The position numbers were made by a program, and so were the translations under genes. Under the pieces are notes generated by a model that was given only the letters and a program-made list of their open reading frames with translations, was not told the DNA's origin and did not search any database. This document shows positions 38,529 through 49,357 of a stretch of DNA of 64,000 bases, in pieces. Source of the DNA: Bacillota bacterium (GTDB lineage: Bacteria; Bacillota; Sulfobacillia; Fermentithermobacillales; Fermentithermobacillaceae); the NCBI GenBank assembly GCA_040766225.1, contig JAXGQX010000008.1, positions 6,311 to 70,310 of the forward strand, read 5' to 3'. Every line of letters begins with the position of its first letter. The first letter of the stretch is position 1.

Positions 38529-39408
38529 ATGGCAAGGCTCGCGCAACAGACGGTGAACGGCCTGTCGATAGGCTCCATCTACGCCCTAGTGGCGGTCGGT
38601 TATTCGTTGATCTACAGCATCCTGCAGTTCAGTAACTTCGCCCACGGGAGTTTCCTTGTCGCCGGCGCGTACTCGGGGTTCTTCCTGCTGACGATGACGG
38701 CGTTGCCCGTCTACGTCGCGGTCCCGCTTGCGTTCATGTTCAGCGGCATCATGGCTACCACGGTGGAGAGACTGGCGTATCGCCCGATCCGCTCACGCGG
38801 GGGGAGGACTCTTTACTTCATCATCGCGTCCATGGGCGTATCCATCTTCTGCGAGCACTTCATCATCGCGGGCATCGGCGCCCAGTTCAGGACCTATCCC
38901 GCCTTGCTTCCATATAAGTCGTTCGCGGTCGGGGGATTCACCATTGGGATTCTGGACATCGTGTCGGCGGTAGTCGCCATCGTTTCTCTTGCGGGCCTGC
39001 AGTATTTCATCTCCAAGACCAAGACCGGCACCGCCATACGCGCCGCCGCCTTCGACTTGCAGATCGCCGGCGTCATGGGCATCAACATTGACCGCATCCT
39101 GACGATCGTCTTCTTATTAGGCGGGGACCCTGGCCGGGATCGCGGGCGTCATCCTTGGCATCAAGTATACGGTTTACCCGCAGCTAGGGTATCTAACCAT
39201 TAAGGCGTTCGTGGGCGCCGTCTTCGGGGAGCTCGGCAGCATGCCGGGCGCCATAGTGGGGTCGCTGGTCTTGGGGCTCCTGGAGACCTACACGGCCGCG
39301 TTCATCTCATCCACCATGCGAGACCTGGTTGTCTTCTTCACGCTCATCCTTGTGCTGCTCTTAAGGCCTAACGGCCTCATGGGTGTCTACACGGAGGAGA
39401 AGGTCTGA
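38529..39408 (+). pseudogene. livH: Branched-chain amino-acid ABC permease LivH, one frame switch near 39125
   Basis: ORF 38529..39203 (QQTVNGLSIGSIYALVAVGYSLIYSILQFSNFAHG) and ORF 39211..39408 (...LLLRPNGLMG). ALAGIAGVILGIKYTVYPQLGYLTIKAFVGAVFG is readable in the second frame from ~39127. Confidence 0.8.
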
Positions 39409-39442
39409 GAGATTGGGAGAAAGTCTGAAGGGGCGGTAAAGG

Positions 39443-40280
39443 ATGCTATCAAACTACCATCAGAGCGTCCTCACGTTGATGGCGATAAACATCATTGGCA
39501 GTCACCGGAGTCGCAATGCTCACCGGCTTTACCGGCCTGTTCAGTTTCGGCCACGCCGGCTATCTGTCCATAGGAGCGTACGGCGGCCATGCTTGTGGTG
39601 CGCGGCGGGTGCCGTTCCTCGTAGCCTTGCCCTTCAGCGGGTCTGGTGGCCTGCATCGCGAGCCTGGTGATGTGCCCGACCCTCCGCTTGAAAGGCGACT
39701 ACTTCGCGATAGCCGCGCCCAGGGTTCGGCGAGGCGATCGAAATCTTTGGTGGACAACGGCGGGAAGTTCACCGGGGGTTCACGCGACTTCACGGGGATC
39801 CCGACGCTGACAAAGCCGCTCGCGCTCGCCGTCGCCGCGTTGGGTCTCTTCTTCATGCGAAACATCGTCCACTCACGGTTTGGACGCTCCATGATCGCGA
39901 TTCGCGAGGACCGGCTGGCTGCCCAGTCTATCGGCATCAACGTCGCCAAGAACCAGATGGCGTCCCTCGCCATAAGCGCGTTCTACTGCGGCGTCGCAGG
40001 AGGGCTGTTCGCGTTTTTCATGAGCTTCATCCAGCCCCGGATGTTCGACATGGGGAAGTCCAACGAACTCGCTGCCAGCGTGGTGTTTGGGGGCTTAGGT
40101 AGTCTAACCGGCGCCGTGGTGGCCGCAGCGATCCTCACGGCAATACCCGAGCTGTTCAGGCCGCTCATGACCTGGCGAATGGTGTTCTACGGCCTGGCTC
40201 TGGTCCTTATGGTGCTTAGGCCGGGGGGACTCCTGGGCACCTGGGAGCTCTCCATGGCGGGACCTGGAAAGCTATCCTGA
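39443..40280 (+). pseudogene. livM: Branched-chain amino-acid ABC permease LivM, several frame switches between 39490 and 39740
   Basis: GFTGLFSFGHAGYLSIGAY, CPTLRLKGDYFAIA (other frame), FTGIPTL, RSMIAIREDRLAAQSIGINV and FGGLGSLTGAVV are typical LivM strings. Confidence 0.75.
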
Positions 40281-40359
40281 ACGCTGTCCAAGGCAGTGCG
40301 CTCCGGACGCTTCACGACGTGGATGCGACGCGCCACGAGGCAGCGGAGGTGGCAAGTGA

Positions 40360-41261
40360 ATGCTCTTTGAGATCCGAGGGCTCACCAAGAGATTCGGAGG
40401 CCTAGTCGCGGTAAGCGACCCTAAACCTGCAGATGGAAAAGAACGAACTGGTGGGGTTGATTGGTCCCAACGGCGGCCAGGCAGACGACGGTTTTCAACG
40501 CGTGACAGGTATCTATCAGCCGACCACGGGCGCGGTGAGTCTTCGGGGAGGACATCACCGGTCTTCCACCTCACGAAGTCGGCGGAGGTTGGGAATCGCG
40601 CACCTTCCAGAACCTGCGGTTGTTCAGGGGCCTCTCCGTCATCCAGAACGTTACTACGGCGACGCAGCTCAATCACAACTACAGCTTCGTATCGGCCATG
40701 TTTCGAACGCCGGGCTATGTCAGGCAAGAACGGGAGATCCGCCAGAAGGCCATGGAGTGCCTCGACATGGTGGGGCTCGCCGGCCAGTGGGACGCCAAGG
40801 CGGGGAGCCTGCCTTACGGGTTGCAGCGCAAACTGGAGATCGCCAGGGCTCTCGCTCTGTCACCAAAGCTCTTGCTTCTAGACGAGCCCGCGGCGGGCAT
40901 GAATCCCGACGAATCCCTGGACCTGATGGACATGATTCAGACGCTCCGTAACCGGTTGGATCTGACCATCCTGGTGATTGAGCATCATATGGAGCTTGTC
41001 ATGGGGATTTGCGAGCGCATACTGGTGCTGAACTTTGGTGTGACCATCGCGGAGGGTACCCCTGCGGAGATTCAGGCCAACCCCGAAGTTATCACCGCAT
41101 ATCTTGGCGACGACACTGACGATTTCGATGAGGACGAGGACTCAAGCGGTGGCGATGGACGCCAGGCTGACGCTCTTCGGGCAGACGATGGTTCTCGGAG
41201 CGACGCCCGCCACGCTGATGACCCACAGACTAGAGGTTCCGGGGAGGTGAGCCGCCGGTGA
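40360..41261 (+). pseudogene. livG: ABC ATPase LivG, at least three frame switches in the first 260 bp
   Basis: LFEIRGLTKRFGGLVAV (frame 1), ELVGLIGPNG (frame 2, Walker A disrupted), TGIYQPTTGAV, then intact ORF 40620..41261 (LFRGLSVIQNV, LPYGLQRKLEIARALA, LLLLDEPAAGMNP). Unusual acidic C-terminal extension. Confidence 0.8.
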
Positions 41262-41992
41262 GTACCCTCGAGGCGCTACTGCGAATCGAAGGCCTATGTG
41301 TGAGCTACGGCTCAATCCAAGCGCTCAAAGACGTGTCCCTCCAGGTGGGCGAAGGCGAGATTGTCAGCATTGTCGGCGCCAACGGGGCGGGCAAGACTAC
41401 GCTTCTCAACACCATCGCGGGCCTGGTCAGGGCAACCAAAGGAAGCATGACTTTGAGGGGAAAGCCTGTCCCTCGCGCTTCCCACCAAGTTGTAGCGGCG
41501 GGTGTCGCGCTGGTCCCGGAAGGCCGCAGGGTGTTCGGCACGCTCACTGTGCGGGAGAACCTCATGCTGGGCGCCTATCTTCGGAATGACTCAGACGGCG
41601 TGCAGCGGGATCTTGAGTGGGTGTACTCGGTCTTCCCGAGGATGAAAGAGCGGTTGGACCAAGTAGCCAGCACTCTCTCCGGCGGCGAACAACAGATGCT
41701 GTCGATTAGCCGCGGTCTCATGTCAAGGCCGAGCCTTCTCCTATTGGATGAGCCCTCGCTTGGGTTGGCGCCGGTGCTGGTCCAGGAGATATTCCGCCAG
41801 ATAAGGCGCATCAACCGGGAAGGCGTGACGGTGTTGATGGTTGAGCAGAACGCCAACCAGGCCCTGCGGTTCGCGCACTATGCGTACGTCATGCAGACCG
41901 GACGCGTGGTGATGTCCGGGACAGGCCGTGAGCTGCTCGCCAGTCCCGAGGTCCAGGAGTCGTATCTCGGCAGACGGCGGAGAAGCGTTTAG
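41258..41992 (+). CDS. livF: ABC ATPase LivF
   Basis: Intact 244-aa ORF. Contains GANGAGKTTLL, LSGGEQQMLSISRGL, LLLLDEPSLGLAP and ESYLG. Has a 4-nt overlap with livG. Confidence 0.9.
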   Translation: MSTLEALLRIEGLCVSYGSIQALKDVSLQVGEGEIVSIVGANGAGKTTLLNTIAGLVRATKGSMTLRGKPVPRASHQVVAAGVALVPEGRRVFGTLTVRENLMLGAYLRNDSDGVQRDLEWVYSVFPRMKERLDQVASTLSGGEQQMLSISRGLMSRPSLLLLDEPSLGLAPVLVQEIFRQIRRINREGVTVLMVEQNANQALRFAHYAYVMQTGRVVMSGTGRELLASPEVQESYLGRRRRSV

Positions 41993-42010
41993 CCACGCCG
42001 CGCATGCCCG

Positions 42011-42075
42011 CAGCGGGAGCGCCGGTTGCAGCGTGGAGCAACGGTCGCAGTGTGGAGCGCCGGCCGCAGCGCCTC
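42011..42075. repeat. About 3.5 copies of a 18-19 bp repeat CAGCGTGGAGCRMCGGYYG
   Basis: Units start at 42011, 42029 and 42048, with a partial fourth, in the convergent gap between livF and the DUF917 gene. Confidence 0.75.
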
Positions 42076-42109
42076 TACATTTGTTCCACACAGAGCTAAC
42101 CGGTACGCG

Positions 42110-43249
42110 TCACGCGAATGAGTACCGGATTATCTCCTTGCCCGTCGCTTCCTCGGCAACGTCATAGCATCGCGGGTCCGTCAGACCGGTGCCCAGTATG
42201 AGGGTCTCTTTTGGCGCGTGCGCTATGGTTAGGCGTTGTCCCGGCTCCACACCCGCCGAGATGAGCGGGGTTCCCGTCTCGTCAAACGTCATGATGAGGT
42301 CCGGGAAGGTCGCTACGCGTTTGCCTCCCATTTCGAGAGTCATGTACTCGTTCCAGAACGCGATCTGGCACGCTCCTTTGTCCATCTGAATGGTTCCGAC
42401 ATCAAACCCGCCGCGCTGTTCCAAATCGATGGACGTTACCGTTCCTTTGTAGACGACTTCCGCGCCTAGGAAAGCACAGGCCCCTTCGATAGCCGCGTCG
42501 GGCCCTTTCGGAAGCCCCGAGAGGTATGCCTGCCCGAGGGATATCGCCTGCTTAAGGCTACCGCATGCGGCGTTTTTCCTAATGAAGGACGCGGGAAGCG
42601 GATCGCGACCAACCGCAACGACGCCACCGGCCTGGACCGCGGCCTGCCGGACCATGGTCGCGCAAGATTGGAACGAACCGCGTATGACCATCTTCAGGTG
42701 CTTGCCTTTAGATGGGTCTCCGCCGACAGCTGACCGGACCGATTCGTAGCCCTCCAGGAACCAAAGGCCGCCGGAGCCCATCGCGGCAGTGGGGTGGGCG
42801 CGTCCCTCCCAGGGGGCGTCGACCACGGGGATGCCCAGCACGAGTGACTGAAGCCATCCGTTCACGCTTCCGGTTGCGCCGATTTCGCACGATACGATGG
42901 CGTCCGGCTTCGTACCGGTCACTTTTGTGACTTCCTCGATGGCTTGGACGAAGTTGATGGGCAGCACATGCCTGTCTTTCGAACCCGAGGCGCCTACGGC
43001 CGACGCGGTTATTATGATGGAATCCTCGTCCAACGAGTCGATTGGGATGATACGCACCTGTCCGAGGGACAGGGCCAAGGCGCTTCTTGCCAGTCCGTCT
43101 TGGATCCAGCCGCCTCCACCTCCGCCCAAGATACAGCCGCCGTAGACAGCGGCTTTAGCTATCCCGGCGTCCGCCACGATTTCGCCCTCGTAGCCGTACT
43201 TGCTGAACGCATCTGATGCTTTGGGCACTTGGCATCCTCCTCCCGGCAT
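42110..43249 (-). CDS. DUF917 family protein
   Basis: Intact 379-aa ORF. Contains GGCILGGGGGG, SCEIGATGSVNGW and GIPVVDAPWEGRAHP, typical DUF917 strings. Confidence 0.7.
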   Translation of the reverse strand: MPGGGCQVPKASDAFSKYGYEGEIVADAGIAKAAVYGGCILGGGGGGWIQDGLARSALALSLGQVRIIPIDSLDEDSIIITASAVGASGSKDRHVLPINFVQAIEEVTKVTGTKPDAIVSCEIGATGSVNGWLQSLVLGIPVVDAPWEGRAHPTAAMGSGGLWFLEGYESVRSAVGGDPSKGKHLKMVIRGSFQSCATMVRQAAVQAGGVVAVGRDPLPASFIRKNAACGSLKQAISLGQAYLSGLPKGPDAAIEGACAFLGAEVVYKGTVTSIDLEQRGGFDVGTIQMDKGACQIAFWNEYMTLEMGGKRVATFPDLIMTFDETGTPLISAGVEPGQRLTIAHAPKETLILGTGLTDPRCYDVAEEATGKEIIRYSFA

Positions 43250-43305
43250 GTCCGACGACGCGTCAACCTACGAGAGCTCGCCCAGCATGCGGCTGTCGCG
43301 TCGCC

Positions 43306-43998
43306 CTACGCAAGCTCGCCCAACACGCGCCTGACGATGGTCCGCGCGCAGATAGTCGGCTTGCCCGAGGCTTCGCGAACAGCCTCTTTCGCCTCGTCCG
43401 TAAAGCCCATGCAGTCGAGCACGATGAGATCCGCGCCCTTCTCCTTCAGGCGGAGCGCAGTCTCGACCACGGGATCCAGCGATTCATAGGGTGTCGCCGC
43501 TTCCAGCAGGGGATCCACACCTACAGCCAGCCAGGAGACCCTAGTCTGGAGTATCTGCTCTGGCAGCGGGGTGATGACCCCCACCTTGCGTCCGCGTGAG
43601 ACGGCGACTACGGTCTTGAACAGGATTTCGCTGGGTTCAAGCAGCAACACTTTCGAGCTCAGACTGGGGAATTTGCCCGTGCAGAGTACGACGATGACCT
43701 CGGCGCCCAGAGACTCAAGCAAATCGACTTTCCCGGCGAGTCGTTCTTCCACCAGAGCTTTTGATGCAGTCACTGTGACTAGGTCTCTTGTCTGCATGAT
43801 GAGGATGGGCTCGCCTTCTCGGATGGGCAGGGCCCGAATCTCCTCAAGAGTCAGATCGTCCATGGCGCCCGCCTGGAGGATCTCAGTACCTTCAGGCAAC
43901 CCGGCGCGGAAGAACGAGACGTAATCCTCTTTGGGCGACTGCCCGATGTACAGGAGCCCCACACGCCCAACACGCCCCACACGTCGAACACTTCCCAC
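43306..43998 (-). CDS. AroM-family protein
   Basis: Intact 230-aa ORF. Pattern LLYIGQSPKEDY ... VVLCTGKFP ... KVGVITPLPEQ ... LIVLDCMGF matches AroM. The N-terminus carries a VGRVGRVG repeat. Confidence 0.65.
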   Translation of the reverse strand: MGSVRRVGRVGRVGLLYIGQSPKEDYVSFFRAGLPEGTEILQAGAMDDLTLEEIRALPIREGEPILIMQTRDLVTVTASKALVEERLAGKVDLLESLGAEVIVVLCTGKFPSLSSKVLLLEPSEILFKTVVAVSRGRKVGVITPLPEQILQTRVSWLAVGVDPLLEAATPYESLDPVVETALRLKEKGADLIVLDCMGFTDEAKEAVREASGKPTICARTIVRRVLGELA

Positions 43999-44103
43999 TG
44001 CTGTTCCCTCCTAGATGTCGAATGACAGGCTTCGGCAAGCGCAAGCACAGCAGGTTGCAGGCCAGGGACTCCCCACGGAGCCGCGAACCGCGACAGGGAG
44101 GAA

Positions 44104-45256
44104 CTACCCGCCTATTGCCTGCTCGATGGGCACGTAATCACTGTCAGCGCCAAAGTGCCGAGGGCCTAGATACCGAATGAACTCCGGTGCCCGCAAGAGC
44201 GGATGGCACGGGGCCCCTAGGATGACCAAGCGCTGTCCTATCTCTATGTCATCGTTCCGAAGAGGCGTTCCGGTCTCAGGGTCCATGTTCATGATGAGGT
44301 CCGGACTGGAAGCCACGAGCTTTTCGCCCCGGTAGAAGAGGTGGTTCTCGTTCTTGAAGACGACTCTTCCGGTCTCGCCGGCGAACTCGCCTTCACCCTG
44401 CATCACGTGAGTGCCCCAGTAGTATCCGTCCCTGTCCTCCCAGGGTTTTTCCACGACCGCCCCGCGGAACAAGACATACATACCGGCGTTGCGGGACAGC
44501 GACTCGACCGGGTCCCGCCCCTCACGCAGCGCGGAATTGATGAGCCTGCCCGTCTGAAGCGCCATGGTAAGGGTGCCGGGGACGACGGTCTCGGGGACCT
44601 TCTCCGCTTCGATCATGAACCCACACATGCCGGTAGAACCAAACGCGACGTCGCTCAGGAACTTCCCAATGCGCTCGGCCACTGTGAGGCTCATGGCGTC
44701 CAGCATAACGCAGTAATTGCCGTACTTGTCGAAGCTGGTGGCGGGGGTGAAGGACACCTGTTTCGCCTGTGCCATGGTCTGGGTGATCTCCGGGACTGCC
44801 CTTCCGGCGAAATCCCCGTCGACCACGAGTTTTCCCAGGGACGCGGCCGCGGCCACGGGGACCGGGGTGTTGCTGCCTCCCAGCTCAAGGGGGATGAGGG
44901 CGGCGATGGTCTTGCCGGTGAACTCCTCGAGCTTCGCGGTGGCGATAGGGAGGTTCCTGGGATACTTCCACTCCAAGAACCCCAGCTCTTTCATCTGCTG
45001 CTTCTTGTCGTCGGATAGGGGGGCAGTGGACCCCATAAGGAACGTGCACGCCCCGTAAGTGCCGGCGGGAAGTCCTCCAGCATCGACCCAACCCAGCGTT
45101 TTTCCCTGGCTGAACTGCTCTTCCAGCGCCTTGAGTCCCTCGGCGGTTTCCCCCTCCGCCCACTCCAAACAGCGTGCAACCCGTGACGAAGTCCTTGAGG
45201 TCCTGGTGAGTTGAGAGCGTAACTTGGGGCACCGCGGCCACCTCCATAGTTAGCAT
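44104..45256 (-). pseudogene. Second DUF917 family protein, one frame switch near 45150
   Basis: ORF 44104..45168 (LELGGSNTPVPVAAAASLGKLVVDGDFAGRAVPE). The N-terminus (DLKDFVTGCTLFGVGGGGN) is in ORF 44885..45256, in another frame. Confidence 0.7.
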
Positions 45257-45446
45257 CAGACAGTGTTAGGCAGCGCTGCACACCTGCTGCGTCCACTGCT
45301 AATGCGGCCGGAGTTCTATCATGCCGCCGGGTTTGCGAGACGTTCACTACTCTGGCTGTGACAGCACGATAGTGTTTCTCGGCTTGCAGGCGGCTTTCCT
45401 GCTGTTGTTTGAGGTGATCAACTGCTTGTTACTCTTGGCAGCGAAG

Positions 45447-45782
45447 ACGTCACTGGTTGATGGCTCTGCGCCCCTGGGCCGTCAGTATTTGAAGACTCCG
45501 GGTAGGGCGTCAACAGCTGACGGCTCTACGAGGCTATGGGGTGTCACTGGTTGATGACTCTGTGCTTGGCGGTTATCAGCAGTTGATGACTCCGCGTAGG
45601 GTGTCAACAGTTGACGACTCTACGAGGATAAAGGTGTCACTGGTTGATGACTCTGCGCTTGGCAGTCGTCAGTATTTGATGACTCCGCGGGTAGGGCGTC
45701 AACAGCTGACAACTCTACGAGGCTAGGGTGTCACTGGTTGATGACTCTGCGCTTCGCGGTTATCAGCAGTTGATGACTCTCT
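45447..45782. repeat. About 3.5 copies of a 93-94 bp unit, each built from three ~31-bp hairpin-prone subrepeats
   Basis: GTCACTGGTTGATG occurs at 45449, 45543, 45636 and 45730. Subrepeats: GTCACTGGTTGATGACTCTGCG, TATCAGCAGTTGATGACTCCGCG and GTCAACAGYTGACRRCTCTACGAGG. Confidence 0.9.
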
Positions 45783-45872
45783 CCGCCTGAGAACCTGTGC
45801 CATGAGACGCCGGAGGAGATGAATCAGCAGTAGGGGAGATAGTCCAATATGTGTTATAGACACCGGAAGTTT

Positions 45873-46669
45873 CTAGCCCAACGCCACATCCATCACCATC
45901 ATGATGGCGAATCCGACCATAGCGCCAATCGTTGCGATGTTGGAGTCTCCGGAGGATTGCAGCTTCGGGATGAGTTCTTCCACTACAACGTAGATCATGG
46001 CGCTCGCCGCGAAGGCAAGGGCGTAAGGCAAAATCGGCCGGATACGCATGGTCAAGGCTGCGCCCAATACCCCCGCAATGGGTTCCACCATGCCTGAGGC
46101 TTCCGTACAAAACTCTTCATTCGGGATAATCCCTCGCGCCTGAGAGGGATGGAAGTTGCCGCTCCTTCGGGCAGGTTCTGGAGTCCTAGACCGATGGTCA
46201 ACGTGATTGCCCCGCCACGGAAGCCGCCGGAAGGCCCGAGGCGGCCGCGCCAAAAGCGACGCCGACGGCCAGTCCCTCCGGGATCGTGTGCATAGTGATG
46301 GCCGCCACCAGCAGGACAGATCGATGCCAGCTGCTCTTTAGGCCTTCGGGCGCCTCGTCACTCTTGGAGCCGCCATGAAGGTGAGGGAGCAGGACATCCG
46401 CGGCCAGCAGGAACGACCCCCCGAGCAAGAAACCGACCAACGGCGGAAGCCATTTGATGCCACCCGATGCTTCTGACATCTCGATGGCGGCCGTGAAGCA
46501 GGGACCAGCAACTTGCCGCCATCATGACTCCTGCGGCAAAGCCCAGCATGAGGTCAAGCGTCTTTCTGTTGATAGAACGGAAGAAAAACACCGATGCCGC
46601 CCCAAGAGCTGTGAGGAACCAAGTGAACATCGTCCCATAAAACGCAAGCCAGACAGGACCGTTAGGCAT
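45873..46669 (-). pseudogene. ZIP-family divalent metal transporter (ZupT/GufA-like), split in three frames
   Basis: Colinear ORFs 46358..46669 (LGFAAGVMMAAS), 46198..46479 (HTIPEGLAVGVAFG) and 45873..46253 (ASAMIYVVVEELIPK). Confidence 0.75.
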
Positions 46670-46681
46670 TGACCGAACCCC

Positions 46682-47518
46682 CTACTTTCCGCTACCTTCC
46701 TTATCTCCGCGATAAGGAATAGGAACGTATTGGACTGACGGCCTGCTCTGCTGCGGCTGCGGATATAGGTCCATCAGGCGGTATATTTCCGTGGGCATGT
46801 CTCCGCACATGGGAGGGAACCCGAGTTCGGTCAGTTCCTCGCACGTCAGAGGGTAGTCGTGGGTCCAGTGGCCTGAGGCCAGCTTATCGGCCAGTTCATG
46901 CGCCTTCTCCTCGTCGACTCTCTGCAGCAGCAAGTCGACGACGGTCTGCTTGACCTGCTTGACCGCCTTCTCGGCCATGTCCGCAAGGATGAGCGTCTCA
47001 TCGTCGATGTCCTTCCGTTCCTTTTCCTTGAGGACTCGAAGGATGGAGGATGCCGCCCACTTGCCAATCTGCGGGTCGACCGGGCCGAGTACCGCGTTGG
47101 GGTCCATGACCACCTCGTCGGCGGCGAGCGCGATCAACGAGCCACCGGACATCGCATAGTGCGGCACAAACACTGTCACCTTCGCTTTGTGACGGAGTAA
47201 TGCCCTCGCGATCTGCTCCGATGCGAGGACCAGCCCTCCGGGGGTGTGAAGGATCATGTCGATGGGCATGTCCCCGGGAGTCAATCTGATGGCACGCAGG
47301 ACTCGTTCCGAATCCTCTATGTTTATGTACCGGGACAGCGCCAAGCCCAGGAAACTGATGGATTCCTGCCTGTGGATCAGAGTAATGAGCCGCGAGCTGC
47401 GCTTTTTCTCTAGGCTGCGCATGATGTTGATTCTTGCCGATTCCAGCATTTTCCGTTGAAAGACCGGCATTATCGTGGTCAAGAGGAAGAACGCCCATAT
47501 CAAGATGGAGAAGTCCAT
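46682..47518 (-). CDS. SDH-family ClpP-fold serine protease (membrane-anchored)
   Basis: ATG 47518 reads MDFSILIWAFFLLTTIMPVF. Also contains IDMILHTPGGLVLASEQIARAL and HYAMSGGSLIALAADEVVMDPNAVLGPVDPQ. Confidence 0.7.
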   Translation of the reverse strand: MDFSILIWAFFLLTTIMPVFQRKMLESARINIMRSLEKKRSSRLITLIHRQESISFLGLALSRYINIEDSERVLRAIRLTPGDMPIDMILHTPGGLVLASEQIARALLRHKAKVTVFVPHYAMSGGSLIALAADEVVMDPNAVLGPVDPQIGKWAASSILRVLKEKERKDIDDETLILADMAEKAVKQVKQTVVDLLLQRVDEEKAHELADKLASGHWTHDYPLTCEELTELGFPPMCGDMPTEIYRLMDLYPQPQQSRPSVQYVPIPYRGDKEGSGK

Positions 47519-47564
47519 GCGAGTGATCCCTCCTAGGTGACTAGTCCAGCGCCCCGTACATGCG

Positions 47565-47921
47565 TCATGGTTGGAGCAAGCGGCCCCTCCACTCATCCTC
47601 TTTGAACCCTACCAACACAAAGTCAGGGCTAACGAGGATAGGCCGTTTCACCAGCATGCCGTCGGTGGCCAGAAGCGCGTACTGCTCGTCATCGGACATC
47701 CCCGGCAACCTATCCTTCAGGTTGAGCGACCTGTATTGCAGGCCGCTGGTGTTGAAAAACTTCCGCAGAGGGATGCCGCTTTTGGCGTGCCATTCGCGGA
47801 GCTCGTCCAAAGTCGGGTTGTGCGTCTTGATGTTGCGAAACTCGTACTTGACACCCTGATCGTCAAGCCATTGCCCCGCTTTACGGCAAGTGGAACATTG
47901 GGGATAGCAGACAAACAGCAT
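47565..47921 (-). CDS. ArsC/Spx-family (YffB-like) protein
   Basis: ATG 47921 follows GGGAGGGA and reads MLFVCYPQCSTCRKAGQWL ... GMLVKRPILV, 118 aa. The rest of track ORF 47565..48374 is antisense to msrAB. Confidence 0.75.
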   Translation of the reverse strand: MLFVCYPQCSTCRKAGQWLDDQGVKYEFRNIKTHNPTLDELREWHAKSGIPLRKFFNTSGLQYRSLNLKDRLPGMSDDEQYALLATDGMLVKRPILVSPDFVLVGFKEDEWRGRLLQP

Positions 47922-48063
47922 GGTTATCCCTCCCAATCCGATTCGTGTTGTCACACTTTCTACGGGAGCCATACGATCCCCTTTGACTACTGCGAGAGCA
48001 CGAACAGCCGCAAGACACAATCGTCTGCGCAACCGGCCCGCCTTCGCTTTGACTGCTGCTTGG

Positions 48064-49209
48064 TTACTGCGGACGCTCGAACAACCGCAGATACTCCCCG
48101 TATCCCTGTTCTTCCAACTCTTCCACCGGGATGAACCGGATTGCCGCCGAGTTGATGCAGTAGCGGAGGCCGGTCGGTCCCGGTCCGTCATCGAATACGT
48201 GGCCGAGATGAGAATCGGCACCCTTGCTCCGCACCTCTGTCCGGACCATGAAGTGGCTCCGGTCTTCCTTCTCGATGATGCTCTTGTCCTCAAGCGGCTT
48301 TGTGAAGCTCGGCCACCCGCATCCGGAATCGAACTTGTCGAGGGAACTGAAGAGCGGTTCGCCGGACACAACATCTACGTATAGTCCGGGTCGTTTGTTG
48401 TCCCAGTACTCGTTGCGAAACGGCGGCTCGGTCGCGTTCTCTCGCGTCACCTTGTACTGAAGAGGAGAGAGCCGTTGTCGCAGTTCCCGGTCGGTTTCCT
48501 CGGCACGGGGGGCTGGCTTAGCCGGAGTGTGCGGCCTGACGGCCGCGCCCACGTCGTTCCCCCACGTTTCCCTTATGTACCGCTCACGCCCCGACCCGGC
48601 TTTGTACCGCTTGTAGTGCTCCGGGTTCTTCAAGTAGTAGTCTTGGTGATAGTGCTCCGCAGGGTAGAACCGGCACGCGGGCAGTATCGCGGTCGCGACA
48701 GGCCCCCTGAACTTGCCCGATTCCTCTAGCCGCCGTTTCGACTCCTCTGCCGCCCGCTTCTGCTCCTCGTCTTCGTAGAAGATGGCTGTCTTGTATTGAG
48801 TCCCTTTGTCGGCAAACTGACCGTGAGGGTCCGTCGGGTCTATTTGCCGCCAGAAGACGTCAAGGAGCGTGTCGTAAGAAACCACCTCCGGGTCGTATTC
48901 GACACGGACCGCCTCATAGTGACCGGTCCTTCCGGAGCATACCTCTTCATAAGTGGGGTTCTCCGTATGCCCCCCCGTGTACCCGGCTATGACTTCACGG
49001 ACTCCGTCTACCTGGGCGAAGGGTTGCACCATGCACCAAAAGCATCCGCCCGCGAAGGTGGCGAAGGCGGTTTTCCCTGCATCCGCATTGCCGTTGTGGA
49101 TATTCTTGCGGTAGTCCTCGCCAGGGCGGCCGTCCCTGCAAGCACAGTCGTTTGCGTCCACGCGGTTGTCGTCACCGGCATTGCGCCTATCGTCGTCCAT
49201 GCGGCCCAC
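48064..49209 (-). CDS. msrAB: Bifunctional methionine sulfoxide reductase MsrA-MsrB
   Basis: MsrA: [11 protein letters not shown] and [12 protein letters not shown]. MsrB: [28 protein letters not shown] and RYCINSAA. Confidence 0.9.
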   Translation of the reverse strand: MGRMDDDRRNAGDDNRVDANDCACRDGRPGEDYRKNIHNGNADAGKTAFATFAGGCFWCMVQPFAQVDGVREVIAGYTGGHTENPTYEEVCSGRTGHYEAVRVEYDPEVVSYDTLLDVFWRQIDPTDPHGQFADKGTQYKTAIFYEDEEQKRAAEESKRRLEESGKFRGPVATAILPACRFYPAEHYHQDYYLKNPEHYKRYKAGSGRERYIRETWGNDVGAAVRPHTPAKPAPRAEETDRELRQRLSPLQYKVTRENATEPPFRNEYWDNKRPGLYVDVVSGEPLFSSLDKFDSGCGWPSFTKPLEDKSIIEKEDRSHFMVRTEVRSKGADSHLGHVFDDGPGPTGLRYCINSAAIRFIPVEELEEQGYGEYLRLFERPQ

Positions 49210-49357
49210 TCCTTTCTGATACGCCAGAGAACCCTGTATTGTTAGTGTTCTTCCCCTATGATAGTCTCCCTTTTGGGCTCAAAATCAGTCGGATCGTGCA
49301 TATAGAGGTTCACCGCCTCTGATTCTGCCTTTAGGGTTCGGAAGTTCGGAAGAAGGC

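Noticed and set aside
47565-48374. 269-aa ORF taken at face value
   Set aside because: Only the last 118 codons (from ATG 47921, with a good RBS) form an ArsC/Spx-family protein. The upstream part overlaps msrAB on the same (minus) strand in a different reading frame and is low-complexity Ser/Arg-rich.
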